A DNA stretch of 64,000 bases from the NCBI GenBank assembly GCA_905203015.1, contig CAJKUC010000004.1, forward strand, positions 8,535-72,534, read 5' to 3'. The notes under the pieces are model-generated. The model saw only the letters and a list, made by a program, of their open reading frames with translations. It did no database searches and was not told the origin of the DNA. A program made the translations under genes and the position numbers. Source of the stretch: an uncultured Christensenella sp. Its GTDB lineage: Bacteria; Bacillota; Clostridia; Christensenellales; Borkfalkiaceae. Below, piece by piece: positions 1 through 8,938 of the stretch (position 1 is its first letter; the number at the start of each line of letters is the position of its first letter).

Positions 1-362
1 TGGCGGCGGTGATCGCTGCGATCTCCAAATTTTCCGATCTGCATGCGGCGGAAAAAGAACAGCCGCTTGCGGGGGAAGAGACGGAAGCGGACGAAAAGCG
101 GGAAAAGGAAAGAAAAAGCCGCGAACAGTTGCATATTTTTATCGTTACATGTATCGCTTCGTTTGTCGGTACGGTGGTGTGCTATGCGTTCGGCACGGCA
201 TGGTTCATCGGGCTCAACGCGTTCAGAGGCACGGAAAAAACGGTGGCTTACGCCCTTTCCGCCTGCGTCGTGCCGTTTATCGTTCCCGATCTTTTAAAGA
301 TCGCGCTTGCTTCCTATCTTACTTCCGTTGTTTGCACGCGTTTGAAAAATCTGCTGAAATAA
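1..362 (+). CDS. C-terminal part of a membrane protein (ECF-transporter S-component/BioY-like C-terminus); the 5' end lies outside the window
   Basis: The frame is open from the window edge. It has a hydrophobic C-terminal half with a '...VPFIVPDLLKIALASYL' motif. A rho-independent terminator follows at 385-419. Confidence 0.45.
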   Translation, partial: AAVIAAISKFSDLHAAEKEQPLAGEETEADEKREKERKSREQLHIFIVTCIASFVGTVVCYAFGTAWFIGLNAFRGTEKTVAYALSACVVPFIVPDLLKIALASYLTSVVCTRLKNLLK

Positions 363-384
363 AGGTAAAAAGCCGTAAACGGCC

Positions 385-419
385 GTCTCCGACGAATTTA
401 CGTCGGAGACGATTTTTTT
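385..419 (+). terminator. rho-independent terminator
   Basis: Stem gtctccgacg / cgtcggagac with an aattta loop, followed by a T-run. Confidence 0.8.
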
Positions 420-523
420 AAGTCTTTGCCGTTTCAACGCCGTGTACATCTTTCGGACGTGCGGTCTTTTCGCAGATCGTAAACGCTCTTAAAAAATTTT
501 TTTGATTTTTTACACTTTTTGCC

Positions 524-562
524 TTAAAAACGCTTTACTTTACTGAAGCGTCATGCTATAAT
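524..562 (+). promoter_or_regulatory. sigma70-type promoter of the amino-acid ABC transporter operon
   Basis: TTTACT, 17-nt spacer, TGcTATAAT (extended -10, at 557-562). The ~130-nt leader has a hairpin at about 570-598. Confidence 0.5.
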
Positions 563-693
563 ACTTCCATAATCGCTTTATCGAATTAAAGCGATAAAGA
601 AATGAAGCGCAGACTTGGAACGTGCGATAAATCGGAAAAAAGAAAAAACGTTTTTTCGTAAGAGAAGAACGAAAGAAAAGGAGAGATAAGAAG

Positions 694-1500
694 ATGAAAA
701 AAATAGCGAAAATCACGGCGGGAATACTGGCGGCGGCAAGCGTATTTGCATTCGGTGTTGCGGGAACGGCTTGTAAAGACGAGAAAACGGAAAACGTGAT
801 TGTGGTGGGCTACACCGATTACGAACCGATGAATTACAAGGACGAAAGCGGTAATCTGACGGGGTTCGATACCGAGTTGGCAAAAGAAACGTTCGCTCGG
901 CTCGGTTACACCGTGCGTTTTAAAGAAATCGAGTGGAGCAATAAATATATGGAACTTGACGGCGGCACGATCGATTGTATTTGGAACGGTTTTACCTGGA
1001 ACTGCGCGGACGATGACGGTTCGCAAAGAAGCGAAAAAATCGATTTTTCGGTGCCGTATATGCAAAACGCGCAATGCGTGGTACGCGGTGCGAACGAAGC
1101 GGAACTGACCGATGCGTCGCAGTTTAACGGAATGTCGGTGGCGTACGAAGCGGGGTCTGCGGGCGAATCGTACGTGAGCGGAATCGAGGGCGTAAACATC
1201 AACAAAAAGGACGTTGCTTCGCAAATGGAAGCGATTAAAGCGGTGAATACGGGCACGGCGCAGTACGCGATCGTCGACGTGCTTCTTGCGCGGAAACTGG
1301 CTGGAAAAGGCGATTACACGAATATCGAAATTAACGAGGGAATTCAAATCGAAAAGGAAGAATATGCCGTAGGCTTTAAAAAAGGGAGCGAATTCACCGC
1401 AAAAGTGAACGATACCTTTAAAAAACTCGCGGAAGAAGGATTTGCCGAAACGCTTGCCGAAAAATACGGCCTGGAAAATTCGTTGCTGCTCACGAAATAA
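694..1500 (+). CDS. polar amino-acid ABC transporter substrate-binding lipoprotein (SBP family 3)
   Basis: Lipobox signal peptide MKKIAKITAGILAAASVFAFGVAGTAC, typical SBP_bac_3 length, and an RBS (aaaaggagag) upstream. Confidence 0.85.
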   Translation: MKKIAKITAGILAAASVFAFGVAGTACKDEKTENVIVVGYTDYEPMNYKDESGNLTGFDTELAKETFARLGYTVRFKEIEWSNKYMELDGGTIDCIWNGFTWNCADDDGSQRSEKIDFSVPYMQNAQCVVRGANEAELTDASQFNGMSVAYEAGSAGESYVSGIEGVNINKKDVASQMEAIKAVNTGTAQYAIVDVLLARKLAGKGDYTNIEINEGIQIEKEEYAVGFKKGSEFTAKVNDTFKKLAEEGFAETLAEKYGLENSLLLTK

Positions 1501-1535
1501 TTTCACGAAAAATAAAAATAAGGAAATAAGATAAT

Positions 1536-2234
1536 ATGTCGTTTCTGCAAGTTACGCAAAGCCTTTTAAAAGGCTTTGCCGTGACGGGGCTGCTCTTTAT
1601 ACTCACGCTTTTAATAGCGATACCTTTGGGGCTTGCGATCTGCTTTTGTTCTATGAGCAGAATCAAGCCCCTCAGATGCGTTTCCAAAACTTTTGTGTGG
1701 ATAATTCGCGGCGTACCGTTGATGCTTCAATTGTTTATCATTTACTATTTGCCCCGCTATTTTTCCGCTTCTGGAGCGAATTTTTGGGGAAAACTCGATA
1801 ATAGTCTGTATTTCAGTTACGGGATTGAGTTCGGCGGCGCGTTTATCGCCACATTGATTGCGTTTTCTATTAATTACGCTTGCTATTTTTCGGAAATTTA
1901 CCGCGGAGGAATACAAAGCGTGCCGAAAGGGCAGTACGAAGCGGGTAAAGTGCTCGGTATGACGAAGGGCGAAATTTTTCGTAAGGTAATCTTTGCGCAG
2001 GTGATTAAGAATATTCTCGCTCCGATGAGCAATGAGGTGATCACATTGGTAAAAGATACCGCGCTGGCACGGGTGATCGGCGTAGTGGAAATCATAAAAG
2101 TGGCGGATAGGTTCGCCAGCAAAGCGTTGATCTGGCCGTTGTTTTACACGGGAGCGTTTTATCTCGTCGCCGTAGGTGCGCTTACGTTGCTCTTCGGCTA
2201 TATCGAAAAGAAACTTTCGTATTATAACGTATAG
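1536..2234 (+). CDS. amino-acid ABC transporter permease (HisM/GlnP family)
   Basis: Multi-pass membrane protein with the EAA-type motif 'EAGKVLGMTKGEIFRKV'. Confidence 0.85.
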   Translation: MSFLQVTQSLLKGFAVTGLLFILTLLIAIPLGLAICFCSMSRIKPLRCVSKTFVWIIRGVPLMLQLFIIYYLPRYFSASGANFWGKLDNSLYFSYGIEFGGAFIATLIAFSINYACYFSEIYRGGIQSVPKGQYEAGKVLGMTKGEIFRKVIFAQVIKNILAPMSNEVITLVKDTALARVIGVVEIIKVADRFASKALIWPLFYTGAFYLVAVGALTLLFGYIEKKLSYYNV

Positions 2235-2245
2235 GGCGGTGTAAC

Positions 2246-3130
2246 ATGGCTTATCTCGAAGTGCGCGATTTAAGAAAAACTTTCGACGGTACGGAAGTGC
2301 TCAAAGGCGTTTCGTTTTCTCTTGAAAAAGGAAAAGTGCTTGCCGTCGTCGGCTCGTCCGGGAACGGAAAAACAACGCTTTTAAGATGCCTCAACGCCCT
2401 TGAAACGGCAGACGGCGGCAGCGTTTTTATCTGCGGCGAAAAAATATTTCCCGCGGGCACGGGCGAAAAAAACGGGGAAGATAAGAAAAACGAAGCGGGT
2501 ATAGGCGCGGAAACGGACGAAACGGCGAACGAAAAAACATGCGAAAAAACGGAAGAAAAAACAGATTCCGATGAACTCGATTTCACGCTGGTGTTTCAGA
2601 ATTTTCAGTTGTTTCCGCAATATACGGCGCTGCGAAACGTTTCTCTCGCCGCCGATCTGTACGAAATCAAACGCCTGAAAGCAATGAAAATGCCTTTTTC
2701 GGAACGCAGAAAACGCAAGAAGGAAATCAAGGCGAAAAACGCGGGGGCAGCGAAAAAACTGCTTGAAAAGGTGGGGCTTTCCGAAAAATTCAACGCATAT
2801 CCCTGCGAACTTTCGGGCGGGCAGCAGCAGCGCGTGGCAATCGCCCGCGCGCTGGCGTTACAGCCGAAAATTTTATGTTTCGACGAACCGACTTCCGCGC
2901 TCGATCCGCGCCTTACGGGCGAAATTTCGTCGCTGATAAACGAACTCAAAGCCGAGGGACGCACGATGATCGTGGTTACGCACGAAATGGAATTTGCAAA
3001 GAGCGTGGCGGACGACGTGCTGTTTCTGCACGAAGGACGGGTGGAAGAAAGCGGAAGCGCGGCCGAGGCTTTCGCAAATCCGAAGAGCGAAATTTTCCGC
3101 GCGTTCGTGGAAGGCGGAAAAACGAAATAA
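2246..3130 (+). CDS. amino-acid ABC transporter ATP-binding protein (GlnQ-like) with low-complexity insertions
   Basis: Walker A GSSGNGKTT, signature LSGGQQQRVAIARAL, Walker B ILCFDEPTSALD, H-loop VTHEM. An E/K/T-rich ~20-aa insert lies between Walker A and the Q-loop, and a K/R-rich insert before the signature. Confidence 0.85.
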   Translation: MAYLEVRDLRKTFDGTEVLKGVSFSLEKGKVLAVVGSSGNGKTTLLRCLNALETADGGSVFICGEKIFPAGTGEKNGEDKKNEAGIGAETDETANEKTCEKTEEKTDSDELDFTLVFQNFQLFPQYTALRNVSLAADLYEIKRLKAMKMPFSERRKRKKEIKAKNAGAAKKLLEKVGLSEKFNAYPCELSGGQQQRVAIARALALQPKILCFDEPTSALDPRLTGEISSLINELKAEGRTMIVVTHEMEFAKSVADDVLFLHEGRVEESGSAAEAFANPKSEIFRAFVEGGKTK

Positions 3131-3190
3131 CGCAAACGCGAAAAAGCAATAACGCAAACGCGAAAAAGCAATAACGCAAACGCGAAGCAA
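3127..3190 (+). repeat. 2.9 copies of a 22-bp tandem repeat (ataacgcaaacgcgaaaaagca) starting at the ATPase stop codon
   Basis: Copies 1 and 2 are identical (3127-3148, 3149-3170). Copy 3 is degenerate (3171-3190). Confidence 0.9.
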
Positions 3191-3271
3191 AATACGCCGC
3201 CGCGTACGCTCGGCTGACGTTTGCGTGTGGTATAACAAAAAAGAAAACGAAGAGGACACGGAGGCTAAAGT

Positions 3272-3613
3272 ATGCTGAAAGACGAAAAGCAGGAAGAAAA
3301 AATGACGAAAGTTCTTTTTCGTACGCTGCTCGCCTGTAAAAACGAAGAGGACGTGAAAGCGCTGCTCGAAGATCTGTGCACTTATACGGAAGTGGAGCAG
3401 ATGGCGCAACGCGCGAAAGCGGCGCAACTTCTGAAAGAAGGCAAAACGTATACGGAAGTGATCTCCGCCACGAATATTTCTTCGGCTACGCTTTCCCGCG
3501 TGTCGCGTTGCGTGCGCTACGGCAGCGGCGGTTACGAAAAATTCGTTCCCGCGCACACGGCGGAAGAAATCGCCTCGGAAGAAGACGGGCAAAGCGGAAA
3601 AGAAAAAAAGTAA
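3272..3613 (+). CDS. yerC: YerC/YecD (TrpR-like) family protein
   Basis: 113 aa. 'LFRTLLACKNEEDVKALLEDLCTYTEVEQMAQRAKAAQLLKEGKTYTEV...ATLSRVSRCVRYGSGGY' matches the YerC/YecD family. The RBS ggagg lies 8 nt upstream. Confidence 0.8.
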   Translation: MLKDEKQEEKMTKVLFRTLLACKNEEDVKALLEDLCTYTEVEQMAQRAKAAQLLKEGKTYTEVISATNISSATLSRVSRCVRYGSGGYEKFVPAHTAEEIASEEDGQSGKEKK

Positions 3614-3680
3614 GCCGGAAAACAAACGGAAACGTCTTTAAAAATATTCTGTAACGAAAGATTGCGTAACGAAGGCAAAA

Positions 3681-5435
3681 ATGAACGGCGGAACGAAGGG
3701 GAAAACATACGCGGCAAAAAGCGCAAAGGGGCGGATAGTGAATTACCGCCCCGCTTTGTCGTGCGCGCTTGCGCTTGTCGCGGGAATTTTATTCGCTTTT
3801 TCCGTCACGTATCGCCGCGTTCCGTCGATGATTGCCGTGATCATCGGCTTTACGGCACTTGTGGCAACGTGCGTTTTTCTTTCGCCGAAAAACGGAAAAT
3901 TCGTTCCCGCGCGGCTGATCGCCCTGTTACTGTTTTTCTCGCTCGGCGCGGGCGAATTTCTCGTATACCGCAAAAATTACCGCAGCGAATTTTATTCTGG
4001 AGAAAAAGAAGTTTTCGCAAAGATCGCAGAACGCCGCGATTATTCGGTCGGCACTTTTTTCGTATTCGACGATCTTTCGTTCGACGGGAAGAGTGCGAGC
4101 GGAAAACTGGTAATGTTCGTGTATACGAATTACGATTCGTCGTTTTCGGAAATCGCGGATCGGCTGAAAGAGGGCGATCTGATCGGATTCGGCGCGCAGA
4201 TTTCCACGAACACGTCGTGGCTCGAAACGAAAGACGACGGCTCGATCGCAAACCGCGCGTATTATTGGCGCGAAGACATTCGTTACGAGGCGGAAAAATG
4301 CAGAAATCTGCGCTTTGCGGGAAGCGATGCGAACGCGTTTGAAAAGATCCGAGCAAAATTGAAAACGACGTTGTTTTCCTCGATGAACGAAGACGCGGCG
4401 GCGGTGAGTTACGCGCTGTTGACGGGCGAAACGTCGGAAATGAACGAGGAGTTGCTCGAAAATATCCGTTACGGCGGCATAGCGCATATTTTTGCCGTTT
4501 CGGGCTTGCATATCGGCGCGTTGTTCGCCTTTCTGGCGGCTCTTTTCAAAACTAAGAAATTTTCTTTCGTTCCGCCTTTTGTAAGATGGCTCGTCGTTGC
4601 CGCGCTTCTTGTTTTCTACGGCGGAGTGTGCGGCTATTCGGCAAGCGTGATCCGCGCCGCGGTGATGTGTCTCGTGTTTTATGCGGATACGCTTCTCGGC
4701 TTCAAGCGCGACGGCACGGACAGTCTCGGCAAGGCGGCGATCGTCGTGCTTGTCCTTTCTCCGATTTCCGTGTTCGACGCGGGCTTTCTGCTCTCTTTTT
4801 CGGCGGTGGCCGGCATTTTCTTCCTCGCGCCGCCGCTCGAACGTTGCATGAACGCCGTGTTTTTCCGCGAAAAGAAAGCAAGTGAAAGCGGCAACGCGGT
4901 GGCGGAAAAGATACCGACGGAAAGCGAGGCAAAAACGGAAAACAACGCGGACACGGCAGACGGCATGAAAACGATAACCGCGATAAAAACGGAAAGCCCC
5001 GCGAAAAATTTTCTGAAAAAGTGCGTTGCGTTTTTCTGTGTAACGCTTTCCGCCACACTTTTCACTTTCCCGATCTTATCCGTGTGTTTTTCGTACGCGT
5101 CCGGCGCGGCGCTTCTATTGAACGTACTCGTCGTTCCTCTTGTTTCGGCATGCTTCGCCGTCTTTCTCGCGTTGGCGTTTCTTGCCTGTATCGTTGCGCC
5201 GCTCGCAAAAATCATTCTGTACGTTCCCTCGGTGCTGATCTCTCTTCTCACCACGTTTTTCTATGCGTTCGATTTCTCTTCTTCCGCCGTCGCGCTGCGT
5301 TTTACGCCGATTGCGATTTTCGCTTATTATGCGGCGCTTTTTCTTTCAGGCGATAAAATCCGGCTGAAACCGCCCGTGCGTATCGCGCTCGTATCCTGTT
5401 GCGCGCTCGCTTTCGTATTGTCGTTTGCTTTATAA
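3681..5435 (+). CDS. comEC: ComEC/Rec2-family DNA internalization competence protein (no C-terminal beta-lactamase domain)
   Basis: Competence-domain motif 'ALLTGETSEMNEELLENIRYGGIAHIFAVSGLHIGALFAFL' and many transmembrane segments. The start codon is uncertain. Confidence 0.75.
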   Translation: MNGGTKGKTYAAKSAKGRIVNYRPALSCALALVAGILFAFSVTYRRVPSMIAVIIGFTALVATCVFLSPKNGKFVPARLIALLLFFSLGAGEFLVYRKNYRSEFYSGEKEVFAKIAERRDYSVGTFFVFDDLSFDGKSASGKLVMFVYTNYDSSFSEIADRLKEGDLIGFGAQISTNTSWLETKDDGSIANRAYYWREDIRYEAEKCRNLRFAGSDANAFEKIRAKLKTTLFSSMNEDAAAVSYALLTGETSEMNEELLENIRYGGIAHIFAVSGLHIGALFAFLAALFKTKKFSFVPPFVRWLVVAALLVFYGGVCGYSASVIRAAVMCLVFYADTLLGFKRDGTDSLGKAAIVVLVLSPISVFDAGFLLSFSAVAGIFFLAPPLERCMNAVFFREKKASESGNAVAEKIPTESEAKTENNADTADGMKTITAIKTESPAKNFLKKCVAFFCVTLSATLFTFPILSVCFSYASGAALLLNVLVVPLVSACFAVFLALAFLACIVAPLAKIILYVPSVLISLLTTFFYAFDFSSSAVALRFTPIAIFAYYAALFLSGDKIRLKPPVRIALVSCCALAFVLSFAL

Positions 5436-5545
5436 ACGCCGTAAAACGGCGGCGCGGACGTATTGCCGCAGAACCCAAAAGAGCGTTATAAAGAGAAAAC
5501 GCAAAAATTTTTCTGTTTTTACGCGGCGTTTTTTGCGGGGGATTC

Positions 5546-5574
5546 TTGCGTTTTTCAAAAAAGTATGCTATAAT
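5546..5574 (+). promoter_or_regulatory. sigma70-type promoter upstream of holA
   Basis: TTGCGT (5546-5551), 17-nt spacer, TGcTATAAT (5569-5574). Confidence 0.5.
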
Positions 5575-5598
5575 GTAACGCATAGGAGGGGACGAGCA

Positions 5599-6603
5599 GT
5601 GAAATACGTCGATTTCAAAAAATTCACCGACGAAAACGGCGCGCAGCCCGTCTATCTTTTCGAGGGCGAGGAAACGTACTTCCGCGACGGCGGCGCAGCC
5701 CTGCTTTTAAAGCGGTTCGTATCGGATAAATCGCTGGATTATTCCGCGTTCGACGGCGCGGCTTTGAAAAACGACAAAAGCGCGTTTACGGCGGCATGCG
5801 CCTCCTATCCTTTTTTAAGCGAAAAACGTTTCGTGAAAATTTCCGAATGGTATCCTTCCGAAAAAGATTACGAAGCGTATTTAAAGCCGATCGCGGAAAA
5901 CCCTTCGCCCGCCGTGATCGTGGCGATTTTCAATTCGGCGAAAACGAAAGCGGGCGCGGCGCGCCTTTCTTCAAAAAAAGGAATCACCGTGGTGGATTGC
6001 GCGAAAAGCGACGAACAGACGATTGTAAAGTGGATTTATATCACGCTGAAACGCGCGGGCGTCGCTTCCGACGGGGCAACATGCGGCAGGCTTGCGGAAT
6101 ATTGTATATACGATATGTCCCGTATCGCGAAAGAGACGGAAAAACTCATCGCGTATTGCGAAGCGACGGGCAACGCCGCGCTTTCCGACGCGATCGTAGA
6201 CGAGATCGTCTATCCCGATTCGCAGTATAAAATTTACGAACTTTCCAACGCGCTTGCGGCGAGGAACGCGGAAAAATTCGAGCGGATCGCCGCCGAACTC
6301 TTCACGAAAGGATTCGACGAAACGTCGCTTCTCTCTTCGCTTAATTCCTATTTCCGCAATCTGTACGAAACGTCGCGCGCGACGGGATCGGAAAAGGAAA
6401 TCGCCGTCGCGCTCGGCATGAACGAATACGCGGTGAAAAAAACGAGGCGGCAGGCAAGCGAAATGGGCAGGGAAAAAGTGTTTTCTTCCTACGAATACCT
6501 GTATTCCGCGCTCGGAAAAATCAAATGCGGCATGCTCACGCCGCAGGCGGCGTTCAAAGAAGCGAAGGCTAAATTATTGCTTTCCTGCGGGGAAAACGTC
6601 TGA
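5599..6603 (+). CDS. holA: DNA polymerase III delta subunit
   Basis: GTG start after the RBS aggagg. 'PVYLFEGEETYF' delta N-terminus, ~335 aa. Lies immediately downstream of comEC, as in Firmicutes. Confidence 0.8.
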   Translation: MKYVDFKKFTDENGAQPVYLFEGEETYFRDGGAALLLKRFVSDKSLDYSAFDGAALKNDKSAFTAACASYPFLSEKRFVKISEWYPSEKDYEAYLKPIAENPSPAVIVAIFNSAKTKAGAARLSSKKGITVVDCAKSDEQTIVKWIYITLKRAGVASDGATCGRLAEYCIYDMSRIAKETEKLIAYCEATGNAALSDAIVDEIVYPDSQYKIYELSNALAARNAEKFERIAAELFTKGFDETSLLSSLNSYFRNLYETSRATGSEKEIAVALGMNEYAVKKTRRQASEMGREKVFSSYEYLYSALGKIKCGMLTPQAAFKEAKAKLLLSCGENV

Positions 6604-6691
6604 CGGAAAAACGCGAAGAACGTATGAAAATATAAGAAGATAAGAAACGCACAAACGAGAAAGATAAATCGGAAATCGGAGGATTTGGAAT

Positions 6692-7567
6692 ATGACGGCA
6701 TTGTTGTTGGCCGAAAAGACGGGTTTTTCGGTCTGGCTGGAAAAAGCGGGCGGCTTTTTTACGGGCTTCCGCGGCGTATACGTTGCGGAAATTCTGTTGC
6801 TGTTCCTGCTTATGGCGTACGTATCGAAAACGCTGAAAGAGAACGACGCCACAAGGCTGATGATCGCATACTGGATACTGATCGTAGGCGTGGGCGCGCT
6901 GTGCTATTGCGTGGATTTCCTCGGCACAACGTTCTATCTGTATTTTCTGCTGATTCTTTCGGCGTTCATGCTGATCATGTTTAACGTGGAAATCAAAAAG
7001 AGCCTGTGGGATTCGCATATCGATAAGGAAAAACTCGGCGAGATTGTTTCCATGAAAGATTCCGTGGCTGGCACCGATTCGGCGGAACGCTGTATCGGCG
7101 ATATTATCCGCGCTTTGCAGAATATGTCCAAAAACAACGTGGGCGCACTGATTATTCTCTCGAAAGGTAATCTTCCGAAACAGGTGCTGCAAAGCGGCGT
7201 GCGTATGGACGCGGATATTTCCACCCAACTCATCGAAGGAGTGTTCTTTCCCAAAGCCCCGCTGCACGACGGCGCGATGATTTTAAAAGGGCATAAGATA
7301 CAGGCGGCGGGGTGCTTTCTGCCGCTTACGCAGAAAACGAATTATCCCAAAGATTTCGGCACGCGTCATCGCGCGGGGATCGGGATCACGGAGGTGGCGA
7401 ACGTGGTGTCGCTGGTGGTTTCCGAAGAAACGGGGATCATTTCGATTATCCGTCAGGGAAACGTGCAGCGCTATGCCGATTACGATATGCTGCTTTCCGC
7501 GTTGCGGGATTACTACTGGCAGGAACTTCCTCTTGCCGATAAAAAAACAAGGGGGATCACGAAATGA
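6692..7567 (+). CDS. cdaA: diadenylate cyclase CdaA (c-di-AMP synthase)
   Basis: 3 N-terminal transmembrane helices plus a DAC domain: 'GALIILSKGN', 'LHDGAMIL', 'GTRHRAGIGITEVANVVSLVVSEETGIIS'. Confidence 0.9.
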   Translation: MTALLLAEKTGFSVWLEKAGGFFTGFRGVYVAEILLLFLLMAYVSKTLKENDATRLMIAYWILIVGVGALCYCVDFLGTTFYLYFLLILSAFMLIMFNVEIKKSLWDSHIDKEKLGEIVSMKDSVAGTDSAERCIGDIIRALQNMSKNNVGALIILSKGNLPKQVLQSGVRMDADISTQLIEGVFFPKAPLHDGAMILKGHKIQAAGCFLPLTQKTNYPKDFGTRHRAGIGITEVANVVSLVVSEETGIISIIRQGNVQRYADYDMLLSALRDYYWQELPLADKKTRGITK

Positions 7568-7671
7568 AATTCGGTAAATTTCTGAAAAGTCTGTTTGTGG
7601 AACGCCTGTGGCTGAAAGCCGTTTGCCTCGTGCTTGCGCTTTTTGCCGTGATGATGCTGAATATTATGTGA
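7564..7671 (+). pseudogene. 35-aa CdaR(YbbR)-like N-terminal stub (MKFGKFLKSLFVERLWLKAVCLVLALFAVMMLNIM), coupled to cdaA by an ATGA overlap
   Basis: The ATG overlaps the cdaA stop (ATGA), which is the usual cdaA-cdaR junction. The peptide resembles the CdaR N-terminal transmembrane anchor (B. subtilis MDKFLNNRWAVKIIALLFALLLY) but stops after 35 codons. There are no YbbR repeats and no glmM downstream. Confidence 0.45.
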
Positions 7672-7799
7672 AAAACGGGCTGTTCACTTTCTCTTTTTCG
7701 CACGCAGAACATAAAACGCCGCTTCGCACGTATAATAAAGTTGCGGGCGGCATTCCGTATTTTTGCATGCCGCCCGTAAAAGGCGAGGAAAAGAGGAAA

Positions 7800-8903
7800 A
7801 TGGAGACGATCGTTTGTAAATTCGGCGGTACGTCGGTGGCGGATGCCGACGCGATAAAACGTGTGAAGTCGATCGCGGAAGCGGACGAGTCGCGGCGCTT
7901 TATCGTGGTGTCCGCGCCGGGAAAGCGTTTTGCGGGCGATACGAAAGTCACCGATCTTTTTTATGCCGCCGTAAAAGCGGCGAAAGAGAACGGACGGGCA
8001 GAGTTTGAAAAGGTATTTTCCGTTATTTTTGCGCGCTTTCGCGCAATCGTCGCCGCGCTTTTTCTGTATTCTTCGTTTCCGGTGGAAATTCTTGCGGAAC
8101 TGAACGCGATCGGGCGGCGCGTGTATGAAGAAAAGGACGAAGATTTTGCGGCTTCCCGCGGAGAGTACCTTACGGGAAAAATTCTGGCGGAATTTCTCGG
8201 CTGCGCGTTTATCGATGCGGAAGAACTGATTCTGTTTACGGACGGCGGCGCGATCGACGATCGAACGTACGAAATCGCCCGCAGCAGGCTGAAAGGCGAA
8301 ATGCGTGCGGTGATCCCGGGTTTTTACGGCAAAAACGCCGATGGAAAAGTGAGAACGTTTCCTCGCGGCGGCGGCGACATCACGGGTGCGGCGATCGCCT
8401 CGGCGGTACGCGCCGCGCTGTACGAAAACTGGACGGACGTAAGCGGTTGCTATGCGTGCGATCCGCAGATCGTTCCTTTTCCGAAAAAGATCGCTCGCCT
8501 TTCTTATGCGGAAATGCGAACGCTTTCTTTGTTCGGGGCCGGCGTACTGCACGGCGACGCCGTGTTTCCGCTCCGCAAGGCAAATATTCCCGTAGTTATT
8601 AAAAACACTTTTTGTCCCGAAGCGAAGGGAACGGTTATTTCCGCAAATTCGCCCGCGTGCGGCGTGAAAGGAATCACGGGAACGGCGCGCTTTCGCGGTG
8701 CGGCAACGGTCGCGATCGTGGGCGACGGGGTACGGGGAAATTCCCGTATCGTCGAAAAAATTTTCGCGTCGCTTGCGAAAGCGCGTATCGACGTGCTGTT
8801 TTTCGACGAAACCCGTGCGGAAGCGGGCGTTCTGGTCGGAACGCGCGAAAAAGACCTCGAACGGGCGATCCGCGTACTTTATAAGGCTTTTTTTCGTCAA
8901 TGA
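7800..8903 (+). CDS. lysC: aspartate kinase (monofunctional, single ACT domain)
   Basis: 'KFGGTSVADADAIKRV', 'TFPRGGGDITGAAIASAV', 'ENWTDVSGCYACDPQIVP...LSYAEMRTLSLFGAGVLH'. Start ATG 7800 after the RBS gaggaaaagagg. A 10-bp stem hairpin lies just upstream; it is too short for an L-box. Confidence 0.85.
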   Translation: METIVCKFGGTSVADADAIKRVKSIAEADESRRFIVVSAPGKRFAGDTKVTDLFYAAVKAAKENGRAEFEKVFSVIFARFRAIVAALFLYSSFPVEILAELNAIGRRVYEEKDEDFAASRGEYLTGKILAEFLGCAFIDAEELILFTDGGAIDDRTYEIARSRLKGEMRAVIPGFYGKNADGKVRTFPRGGGDITGAAIASAVRAALYENWTDVSGCYACDPQIVPFPKKIARLSYAEMRTLSLFGAGVLHGDAVFPLRKANIPVVIKNTFCPEAKGTVISANSPACGVKGITGTARFRGAATVAIVGDGVRGNSRIVEKIFASLAKARIDVLFFDETRAEAGVLVGTREKDLERAIRVLYKAFFRQ

Positions 8904-8938
8904 AAATAAATACCGACGGAACAAGGAGATATATACAT

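Noticed and set aside
586-1506. 306-aa minus-strand ORF
   Set aside because: Antisense of the substrate-binding-protein gene.
3127-3190. CRISPR-like array
   Set aside because: Only ~3 directly abutting 22-bp units with no spacers and no cas genes. It is a simple tandem repeat.
7672-7799. Possible lysine riboswitch upstream of lysC
   Set aside because: The leader is only ~130 nt, with a single 10-bp hairpin directly before the RBS. That is too short for an L-box and has no terminator/antiterminator pair.
7557-8924. 455-aa minus-strand ORF
   Set aside because: Antisense to lysC, which has strong family motifs. The R/F-rich composition is typical of an antisense frame in GC-rich coding DNA.
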